Assembly: GCA_964538495.1 (NCBI GenBank)
Contig: CAZIEA010000003.1
Location: 1-40,104 of the forward strand
From: an uncultured bacterium
GTDB lineage: Bacteria; Auribacterota; Erginobacteria; Erginobacterales; DAOSXE01
DNA: 40,104 bases
Direction of reading: 5' to 3'
The notes below the pieces were generated by a model, which was not told the origin of the DNA, did no database searches, and saw only the letters and a program-made list of their open reading frames with translations. Below, one piece after another: positions 1 to 7,186 of the stretch; within the stretch, counting starts at the first letter, position 1, and every line of letters begins with the position of its first letter. The translations under genes were made by a program, and so were the position numbers.

Positions 1-2
1 AA

Positions 3-1418
3 ATAACCGTGATCGTGGAGGCCGGGCCGGCCGGCCTGGCGGCCGCCCGGGAGTTGTCGCTGGCGGGGCGGCGGGTGCTTGTTCTCGACCGCCGCCGACA
101 CGTCGGCGGCCTGGCGCGCACCGTGCAGCAGGACGGCTGCCGTTTTGACATCGGTCCCCATCGTTTTTTCAGCAAGTCCGAGGAGATCAACCGGCTATGG
201 AGAGAAGAACTGGGGGAAGATTTTATCCGGGTTGAGCGGCTGACGCGGATTTTTTACCGAGGCCGGTTTTTTCATTATCCCCTGAAAGTATTCAGCACCG
301 TGCGCGGCCTCGGGCCCTGGGGTTCCCTGCGGGCCCTTGCCAGTTATTTTATCCGTCCCCGGCGGCCCGGTGTCTCCTACGAAGATTACATCCGCGGGGC
401 GTTCGGCCAGGTTCTCTACGAGACCTTCTTCAAGTCCTACTCCGAAAAGATCTGGGGCATCCCCTGCGGCATGATCTCGCCGGATTTCGCGGTGCAACGA
501 ATCCACGGGCTTTCTTTCTGGTCGGCGGTTAAAAATGCCCTGGTCGCCGAGAAGCGGGGCTTGCCTTCGCGGGTAAAATCCCTGGTCTCTTCTTTTCACT
601 ATCCGCGCCAGGGCAGCGGTTCTTTTTGCGAAAAAATCGCCCGGGGAGTGAGAGAGCGGGGAGGGGATATTCTGACGGGTTGGAAGGTGGAGAGTTGGAA
701 TTTTTCTTCTTCCGGGGGTCGCCTGGAATCGGTGACCGCCGTACACGGGCAGGAAAGAAGAGAGTTCCGCGGCCGGGACTTCATCTCCACCGTGCCGATC
801 AACGATCTGATTTTTTCGTGTTTTCCCCGGGTCCCCGAACCGGTGCTGGAAGCGGCTCGGGCGCTGCGATTTCGCCACCATATCTCCGTCAATCTTTTGG
901 TCAAGGCTCCCAAAATTTTTCCCGACCAGTGGATTTACCTCCACGACCCAGGAATTGCCGCCGCCCGGGTCGCCAATTACCGCAATTTCAGTCCCGCCAT
1001 GAGCGAACGGGATGGAGTCTATCCGATCACTTTGGAGTATTTCTGTTCTCCGGACGACCCCCTGTGGATGGAGAAAGACGAGATGCTGATCAAATTGGGA
1101 ATCGGAGAGCTGGGGGAAAAAATTGCCGGCGACGACTGCGAAGTGGTCGGCGGCTTTGTCATCCGGGAAGCGAACGCCTACCCGGTGTACTTCCTCAACT
1201 ATCAGCCCTTCCTGAAAATCATCCGCGAGTTCTTAGGCGACATCCACAATCTCCAGGTGGCGGGGCGGGCTGGTCTTTACCGCTACAACAACATGGACCA
1301 TTCCCTGCTCACGGGGATTTATGCCGCCCGCAATTTCCTGGGGCAGGAACACGATGTCTGGTCAGTCAACGCCGACGAGGAATATCTGGAGCAGGTACGC
1401 GAGCAGGATAGTTATTGA
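3..1418 (+). CDS. FAD/NAD(P)-binding oxidoreductase (amine-oxidase / protoporphyrinogen-oxidase-like fold), 5' end probably cut by window edge
   Basis: Frame is open from base 3. N-terminal dinucleotide-binding motif ITVIVEAGPAGLAAARELS...VLVLDRRRHVGG (GxGxxG plus acidic end of beta2). 469-aa ORF with GC-rich third positions, stop at 1416-1418. A GTG at 9 would leave too short a beta1, so the true start is likely off-window. Confidence 0.75.
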   Translation: MTVIVEAGPAGLAAARELSLAGRRVLVLDRRRHVGGLARTVQQDGCRFDIGPHRFFSKSEEINRLWREELGEDFIRVERLTRIFYRGRFFHYPLKVFSTVRGLGPWGSLRALASYFIRPRRPGVSYEDYIRGAFGQVLYETFFKSYSEKIWGIPCGMISPDFAVQRIHGLSFWSAVKNALVAEKRGLPSRVKSLVSSFHYPRQGSGSFCEKIARGVRERGGDILTGWKVESWNFSSSGGRLESVTAVHGQERREFRGRDFISTVPINDLIFSCFPRVPEPVLEAARALRFRHHISVNLLVKAPKIFPDQWIYLHDPGIAAARVANYRNFSPAMSERDGVYPITLEYFCSPDDPLWMEKDEMLIKLGIGELGEKIAGDDCEVVGGFVIREANAYPVYFLNYQPFLKIIREFLGDIHNLQVAGRAGLYRYNNMDHSLLTGIYAARNFLGQEHDVWSVNADEEYLEQVREQDSY

Positions 1419-1422
1419 GGCG

Positions 1423-1464
1423 CGGAAATTGTGTTGTCCCCTTGTCGGTTTTCGACAATTTCCG
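1423..1464. other. 10-bp inverted repeat just after the oxidoreductase stop
   Basis: CGGAAATTGT (1423-1432) pairs with ACAATTTCCG (1455-1464). A nested alternative pairing is TTGTCG / CGACAA (1442-1447 / 1453-1458). No T tract follows. Confidence 0.4.
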
Positions 1465-1530
1465 GGCTACAATGTTTCGCAGAATGTGCGCGGACCTAAA
1501 AACGATTACGGTGGGGAATGAGATTCGGGA

Positions 1531-3603
1531 ATGCTTTTCCCGGTCTCCTGTATTTTCCGAAGACGCGCAAATGCCGCTGGTAAGCTGATGAATCCTGTTT
1601 GGGGTGTCTTTGCGGCCGCCTGTTTTTTGGTCGGCGCGCTTGCTTGGTGCCGGGTGCTCAGGCCTGGGAAAACCCCGGCGCAAGCGGCGTTTTTTTTCGC
1701 CTTCCTTACCGCTCAGATCTTAGCGGCGGGCTTTGCCCTCTCCACCGTCAACCGACTGGCTTCGAGTTTTGCCTGGGCGGTTGCCGGCCTGTTCCTGGCC
1801 GCGCCGGCTGTGACGGCGGAGAGGGTCTGGAGGCCGTCTCCGGAACCGTCCGACTCCCGGCGGATGGCGGCATGGAAGAGTTGGTGGCAAGGGTTGCCTC
1901 TTCTGGAGAGAAAGGTTCTGGCCACAGTCCTGGTCACGGTGGCGGCGGTCGGCCTGCTCAACGCGGCGGTCGTTCTCTTCTCGGCGCCGCATACCTGGGA
2001 TAATCTGGCATATCGCCTGGCCCGAATGGCTTACTATCTTCAGCATGGCAACCTGGGATACTTCGACGCCAACTATGTGCAGCAGGTGGCGGTTCAGCGG
2101 AATTGCTCGATCCTGATGTTGTTTGTCCTGGTTGCTTCCGGGCGCAACGAGAACCTGGCCCAGTTCTGGCAGTTCTTCGCTTACTGGACTTCGGCGGCCT
2201 GCGTGTTCGGGATCTCCCGGGAGATCGGCTTGAAGCGTTCCGCCGCCCTTCTGGCCTCGGGAATCTTCGCCCTGCTCACGGTTTGCCTGATGCAGGCTAC
2301 CACCGCCCAGAGCGATATGCTTCTGGCCGCCTGCGCCGGCTGTTCCGTCTATTCGCTGCTGGCCTGGCGGAATCGGCCCCGTGTCGCCTTCCTGTTTGTA
2401 GCCGCGCTCGGGATCGGTTTGGGATTCGGGATCAAGGGGTCTTTTACCCTTTTCATTCCTTCATTTCTACTCATATGGGTTTACGCATTCGGTGGCGGCC
2501 GGCCGGGGTTGCGGCTTCGGGGCATGGTCTTTTTCGGCATATTCGCGCTGTTGGCGGCAGCGGTTTTTGCCCTGCCGTCCGCCTACCTTTCCAACTGGCG
2601 GCTTTTCAATAATCCCATGGGGCCGGAGGAATTCCGCCGGGTGAATTCCTACGAGGGTAAACCGGTTCCCTTCATTCTGGGCGCGGGCGGGAAGCACCTG
2701 ATGCGGCACGGTTTCGATTTCCTCACCCTCGACGGCTTGCCCGCCCTACCCTGGGTGTGGAAAGCGCAAAATGCCTTGCGCTATCCGGCCCGGGCCTTGA
2801 CTAGGGCGACAGGCATCGATCTCGAGAAAGACCTGGCGCACCCCTGGTTTTATTTTCCGCCCCCGCACAGCCACGAAGATTATTCTTCCTGGGGAATCCT
2901 GGGTTGGTCGCTGGTCTGGCCGGCTTTGCTTTGGGCCGTAGTCGGAGTACGACAGCGCCGGGGGCCGGGGCTGCTGGCGCTTAGCGCCCTGGTTTTTATC
3001 GTGGTTCACGCTTTCAGCGGAGTTTATGATTTCGGCGGCCGGGCGAGATATCTTCTGCCCGCGGCCGTGCTGGCGGCGCCGGCGGCGGGCTGGTGGTTTT
3101 ACTTTCGTTCCCGGGCGTTAAAGATCTGGCTGATTGTTTTTGCCGCCCTGGGGTGCCTCTCCGCGGTCACGGCGGTGCTTTTTCGCTACCGCAGCCCGGT
3201 CTGGTTCGATCAGTCCGTTTTTTTCCGAGGGCGGCTGACCCCCGCCCAAGCGGAGGCCTGGCCGTTGCCGGCCCGGATGGATTCAATTTTTCTGAGGGAC
3301 CGGATGAGCCAGGTTTTACGCGACGCGCCGATCTTTGAAGAAGCGATCAGGAACTACGAGCGGGTCGTTCCTCCCGGAGCCCGGGTGGCGGCCGCCCTTA
3401 ACCCCAACTCGGTCGAGTATCTTCTCTTCGGCCCGCGGCTTACCCGCCGGATTTATCCGCTTAATTCGTTTCATCGCGGCCTGCAGCCGATCCCGCCGGA
3501 GGCGGACTATCTTCTCTGGACCGACGACTTCGACGAGATTTTCAATCGTGGGGAGGGAGACATTCACCTGGGCAAGGATTGGTGGCTGCGGAGGTTGCGA
3601 TGA
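1531..3603 (+). CDS. polytopic membrane protein, GT-C-like (PMT/ArnT-type glycosyltransferase-like architecture) with soluble C-terminal domain
   Basis: 690-aa ORF with many hydrophobic helices over roughly the first 520 aa, then a soluble tail of about 150 aa. Loop motif HTWDNLAYRLARMAYYLQHG follows an early TM. Its stop overlaps the next start (ATGA at 3600-3603). Family assignment rests on architecture only. Confidence 0.5.
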   Translation: MLFPVSCIFRRRANAAGKLMNPVWGVFAAACFLVGALAWCRVLRPGKTPAQAAFFFAFLTAQILAAGFALSTVNRLASSFAWAVAGLFLAAPAVTAERVWRPSPEPSDSRRMAAWKSWWQGLPLLERKVLATVLVTVAAVGLLNAAVVLFSAPHTWDNLAYRLARMAYYLQHGNLGYFDANYVQQVAVQRNCSILMLFVLVASGRNENLAQFWQFFAYWTSAACVFGISREIGLKRSAALLASGIFALLTVCLMQATTAQSDMLLAACAGCSVYSLLAWRNRPRVAFLFVAALGIGLGFGIKGSFTLFIPSFLLIWVYAFGGGRPGLRLRGMVFFGIFALLAAAVFALPSAYLSNWRLFNNPMGPEEFRRVNSYEGKPVPFILGAGGKHLMRHGFDFLTLDGLPALPWVWKAQNALRYPARALTRATGIDLEKDLAHPWFYFPPPHSHEDYSSWGILGWSLVWPALLWAVVGVRQRRGPGLLALSALVFIVVHAFSGVYDFGGRARYLLPAAVLAAPAAGWWFYFRSRALKIWLIVFAALGCLSAVTAVLFRYRSPVWFDQSVFFRGRLTPAQAEAWPLPARMDSIFLRDRMSQVLRDAPIFEEAIRNYERVVPPGARVAAALNPNSVEYLLFGPRLTRRIYPLNSFHRGLQPIPPEADYLLWTDDFDEIFNRGEGDIHLGKDWWLRRLR

Positions 3604-4610
3604 GCGAAGAGGCCCCGTTTTTTTCGATCGTAATCCCGGTTCATAATGAGGAGGAAAATGTCGCGGCGGCTCTAAAATCCATCCGCGTTTCCACCTTCGG
3701 CGCTTTTGAAGTGATTGTCGTCGATGACTGCTCCACTGACGGCTCCGTCGAAGCGGCCCGGGCTTTTCCGGTCCGGATCCTGCGCCAGGAGCGGAATTTG
3801 GGCCCGTCGCTGGCCCGCAACCGGGGCGCGGCTGCGGCCCGGGGAAAGTTTATCGTCTTTACCGACGCCGACTGTCTTTTTTCCCCCGATCTTCTGGAGC
3901 AAACGGCGCGTCGCCTTCGAGAAGAACGTTTACAAGTGCTGGGGGGGACTTACCAGAAAATTTCAGTCGACGGCACTTTCGCCGCCGACTTCCAAGCCAT
4001 CATGGATCACTTCTACGAAACCCGAAAGCCCGCCGCCGATTACCTGGCTGCCCACTACCTGGTGATCGAACGGGAACTTTTCGCCCGCACCGGCGGATTC
4101 AGGTGCGACGAATTGATCGGCCGCGCCGCCGCCTGCGAGGACCTGGAGTTAAGCCGCCGGTTGATACAAATGGGATTTTTGCTCCGGGTTTTCCCGGATC
4201 TCGCGGTGGGGCATTATTTCGGTTTCGGCCTCCGCCGTGCCCTGGCCAACGCCTTTCGCAAAAGCCGGCACTGGGTCAAGTATCTTTCCGCCGCCGGGCG
4301 GCTGGCCGGCGATACCGGCGTCGGTTCCCGGGAGTTGAAAACAAGCGTCGCGCTGCTTCTTGTTTTCATGGCCAGCTTGCCGGTCCTGATCTGGAGCCGG
4401 TGGGGAGCGGCCTTGGCCGCCGCGTCCGTGTTGATGATGGCCGGAGTCAACTTGGCTTTGTTGAGTTTCATCAAGCGTGAGCGCGGATTTCCGTTCGCAT
4501 TCAAGTCTTTTGTCTATTACTGCTTTCCCTATGCCTTCTTTACCGGACTGGGCGCGGCCGCCGCCGGGGGCGAAATCGCCCGCGGCCTGTTTAGGAGAGG
4601 CAAGCGATGA
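3600..4610 (+). CDS. family-2 glycosyltransferase (GT-A fold) with C-terminal TM helices; GtrB/CsbB-like polyprenyl-phosphate-sugar synthase candidate
   Basis: FFSIVIPVHNEEENV...EVIVVDDCSTDGS...FTDADC (DxD) is the classic GT2 signature. Two C-terminal hydrophobic helices (VALLLVFMASLPVLIW..., FVYYCFPYAFFTGLGAAAAG). The ATG at 3600 overlaps the upstream stop. The track ORF begins earlier at 3579, but 3600 gives the ATGA coupling. Confidence 0.8.
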   Translation: MSEEAPFFSIVIPVHNEEENVAAALKSIRVSTFGAFEVIVVDDCSTDGSVEAARAFPVRILRQERNLGPSLARNRGAAAARGKFIVFTDADCLFSPDLLEQTARRLREERLQVLGGTYQKISVDGTFAADFQAIMDHFYETRKPAADYLAAHYLVIERELFARTGGFRCDELIGRAAACEDLELSRRLIQMGFLLRVFPDLAVGHYFGFGLRRALANAFRKSRHWVKYLSAAGRLAGDTGVGSRELKTSVALLLVFMASLPVLIWSRWGAALAAASVLMMAGVNLALLSFIKRERGFPFAFKSFVYYCFPYAFFTGLGAAAAGGEIARGLFRRGKR

Positions 4611-5689
4611 TTCGCTACCTGAAATTTTTGCCCCGGGTATTTCTGAAAGGGACGAGCCCGCTTCACCTGACCTACTTCGTTACCGATGTCTGCGATTCCC
4701 GCTGCGCTTACTGCTTTTCCCGCCGCCGGTCCGGGGCGGAAGGGAAGGTATTAAGCGCGGCCGAAGTGGAGAAGGTGGCCCGTTCTCTTTCCTCCCCGCT
4801 GCTCTGGCTGCTCTTGTCCGGGGGCGAGCCTTTTTTGCATCCCGAGATCGAGGATATTTGTGCTGCCTTCTACCGCCATGCCCGGCCCGCCTTTCTCGTG
4901 ATTCCCACCAACTGCCTGCGGCCGGACGCGATTGTCCGCAGCCTGGAGAAAATCGCCGTCTCCTGTCCCCGTTCCACCGTGGTTTTGAAACTCTCGCTCG
5001 ACGGCTGGGGGGAGGATCACGACCGTTTGCGCGGCGTGCCCGGAAATTTCGAAGGCTTTCTGGCCACCGGCGCGGCCGCGGCCCGGGTCCGGCTTCGCCA
5101 CCCCAATCTGGTGCTGGGAGTGAACACGGTGATCTTGCCGCAAAACTTCTCCCGGCTGTCCGAGCTCAAGAGAAAAGTCGTCGGACTGCCCTGGGTGAAT
5201 TACCATAATTTCTCCCTGGCGCGGGGCGCGGGGGTGGATTCCCGCTGGACTGATGTCGACCCGGACGAGTATCGCCGCTTCAGCCTCCGCCTGCGGGAGG
5301 AAGGCCGGCGCGCCGCCCGGGGGCTTTTTAGCGGCGAGAAGTTCAAAGCCGCTCAGGACTTCCGCCAGCGGGAGATAGTTTTCCGCGTTTTGCAGGAGAA
5401 CCGGAGGCAACTGCCCTGTTACGCTGGGCGGCTGAATCTGGTGTTGGGCGAGCGTGGAGACGTGTATCCTTGCGAAATGCTGCCCTGGAAGCTGGGAAAC
5501 GTCAGGGAAAGCGGATACGATCTCAAAGCCATTATCTCCGGGGAGGAAGCCCGAAAATGCCGGCGGGCGATCGCGGATGGGCTGGAAGCCTGCGACCGCT
5601 GCACCAACGAGTGTTACCTGATCACCAACATACTTTTCAACCCGCGGGAACTTTTCCGAGTCTGGCGGTCCGCCCTCGGATTGCCGTGA
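4607..5689 (+). CDS. radical SAM enzyme with C-terminal SPASM-type cysteine cluster
   Basis: CxxxCxxC motif (VCDSRCAYCF) near the N-terminus, followed by GGEPFL and SLDG..EDHDRLRG. C-terminal cluster C-x12-G-x4-C (PCYAGRLNLVLGERGDVYPC) plus CRRAIADGLEACDRCTNEC. SD AGGAGAGG at 4593-4600. ATGA overlap with upstream stop at 4607-4610. Confidence 0.85.
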   Translation: MIRYLKFLPRVFLKGTSPLHLTYFVTDVCDSRCAYCFSRRRSGAEGKVLSAAEVEKVARSLSSPLLWLLLSGGEPFLHPEIEDICAAFYRHARPAFLVIPTNCLRPDAIVRSLEKIAVSCPRSTVVLKLSLDGWGEDHDRLRGVPGNFEGFLATGAAAARVRLRHPNLVLGVNTVILPQNFSRLSELKRKVVGLPWVNYHNFSLARGAGVDSRWTDVDPDEYRRFSLRLREEGRRAARGLFSGEKFKAAQDFRQREIVFRVLQENRRQLPCYAGRLNLVLGERGDVYPCEMLPWKLGNVRESGYDLKAIISGEEARKCRRAIADGLEACDRCTNECYLITNILFNPRELFRVWRSALGLP

Positions 5690-5695
5690 ACCGAG

Positions 5696-7186
5696 ATGGA
5701 CCTGCTATTGATAAATCCTTATCCCGAAGGGGCCAAAGGGATCAACGAGGGCACGATCGAGCCGCCGTTGGGCCTAGCCTACCTGGCGGCGTCGGCCCGC
5801 GCTCGCGGACGGCGGGTGGACCTGATTGACGCCAATGCCTTGAGGGTCGGGGCGGACGACCTTCGGGAGCACATACTCGAAATTCGCCCCGCCGTGGTCG
5901 GGATCTCCACCAACGTGGTCACCCATCCGGCCGGCACGATCCTGGCTGAGAAACTGCGGGAATCCGGATTCCGGGGGGTGATAGTCCTGGGCGGCCCCCT
6001 GCCCTCGGCTATTCCCGAGTACTGCCTCTCTTCCCGGGCGGTGGACGGAATCGCAGCCGGGGAAGGGGAGGAGACTCTCTCCGAGATCCTGGACAATGTC
6101 GTTGCCGGGCGGGAAGAGCCGTTCCGCGGGGTCAGGGGCTGCTTCTGGCGCGACCGCGCGGGTCTGATCGTCCGGGAAGCCCCGCGGCCGCTGATCGCCG
6201 ACCTGGATTCCCTGCCCCTTCCCGCCTGGGACCTCCTGCCTCCCTTCGCTTATTACAAGTCGCGCGCCCGCCGCCGACCCATCGGCGCGGTCATCTGCAG
6301 CCGGGGCTGTCCTTACCAATGCACTTACTGCAACAAGAGCATCTTCGGTAGCCGCTACCGGCGTTACTCCGTCGCGAGGGTGTTGCAGGAAGTGGAATTG
6401 CTGGCCGCCGATTTCGGGATCCGCCAACTGGACATTCTCGACGACAACCTGACGCTGGAGCTGGATTGGGCCAAGGAACTTTTCCGGCGCCTGATCCCCT
6501 TCGGGCTGGCCATCAACCTCCAGAACGGAATCCGGGCCGACCACTGCGACGAGGAACTGCTCGATTTGATGAAGGCGGCGGGGGTTTTCAAGCTTTCGCT
6601 CGGGGTGGAAAGCGGCTGTCCGGAAATGCAGTTGCGGATCAAGAAAAACGTGGATCTCGAAAAGGTCGTGCAAACGTGCCGGTGGGCCCGAAGCCGCGGG
6701 ATCGTGGTTTATGGAAACTTTATCTTGGGCCTGCCGCACGATTCGGCCGAGACGATGAGCCGGACCGTGGAGTTCGCCCTGCGGATGGATCCGGACGCGG
6801 CCACGTTCAACTTTCTTTTGCCCCTGCCGGGGACGGAGGTTTGGACCGAGATCGAGCAAAACGGCAAAATCGATTTTCGGCTCGACGACCCCGAAGCCGC
6901 CGGTTTTTACGGCGCGGGCCTTCGCTACCGGCTTCCGGGGATGGACAACGCGGAGGTATCGTTCTGGTACCGGCGGGCTTACCGGCGGTTTTATCTGCGC
7001 CCGCGAAAAATCCTGGGCCTCTTCCTGCGCTCGCTTCATCCCGGCGAGCTGGGCTGGCTCCTGGAGACCATCCTGGGCGTCCTGGGTCTTTCCATGCCGG
7101 CCGGCTCCCGCTATCGCACGGCCGCTTCCCGCCGGATCGGGCTGAAAAGCGTCTCGCCGGCCGATAAAACCCGGATGGGGAAATGA
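5696..7186 (+). CDS. B12-binding-domain radical SAM enzyme (class B)
   Basis: N-terminal Rossmann-like B12-binding-type region (MDLLLINPYP...LGLAYLAASARARGRRVDLIDAN). CxxxCxxC motif (CSRGCPYQCTYCN) at about aa 200. 496 aa. Only 6 nt separate it from the upstream stop. Confidence 0.85.
   Translation: MDLLLINPYPEGAKGINEGTIEPPLGLAYLAASARARGRRVDLIDANALRVGADDLREHILEIRPAVVGISTNVVTHPAGTILAEKLRESGFRGVIVLGGPLPSAIPEYCLSSRAVDGIAAGEGEETLSEILDNVVAGREEPFRGVRGCFWRDRAGLIVREAPRPLIADLDSLPLPAWDLLPPFAYYKSRARRRPIGAVICSRGCPYQCTYCNKSIFGSRYRRYSVARVLQEVELLAADFGIRQLDILDDNLTLELDWAKELFRRLIPFGLAINLQNGIRADHCDEELLDLMKAAGVFKLSLGVESGCPEMQLRIKKNVDLEKVVQTCRWARSRGIVVYGNFILGLPHDSAETMSRTVEFALRMDPDAATFNFLLPLPGTEVWTEIEQNGKIDFRLDDPEAAGFYGAGLRYRLPGMDNAEVSFWYRRAYRRFYLRPRKILGLFLRSLHPGELGWLLETILGVLGLSMPAGSRYRTAASRRIGLKSVSPADKTRMGK

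Noticed and set aside
4607-5689. The two SPASM radical SAM proteins as anaerobic sulfatase-maturating enzymes for the two sulfatase-fold proteins (numbers match 2:2).
   Set aside because: Both sulfatase-fold proteins have Thr, not Cys/Ser, in the C/S-x-P-x-R position and lack the Arg. Each SPASM gene is coupled to a GT2 gene rather than to a sulfatase-fold gene. This should still be retested if a profile alignment shifts the nucleophile column.
5774-7039. Long antisense or overlapping ORFs listed in the track: 195-944, 626-1411, 5774-7039, 7111-7668, 8026-8976, 9732-10595, 13134-14441, 15211-16452, 16468-17256, 17313-18623, 31050-32546, 36576-37346, 37350-38666, 39169-39996.
   Set aside because: All lie opposite or out of frame to ORFs with clear family motifs. 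Their translations are R/G/P-rich low-complexity, as expected for shadow ORFs in high-GC DNA. None has a recognisable motif or RBS.
4607-7186. RiPP biosynthetic cluster (SPASM rSAM + B12 rSAM usually suggests peptide maturation).
   Set aside because: I looked in both strands of the flanking spacers and small ORFs. I found no plausible precursor peptide with an RBS, no leader-recognition (RRE-like) protein, no peptidase and no ABC exporter. The context is entirely glycan or membrane related.
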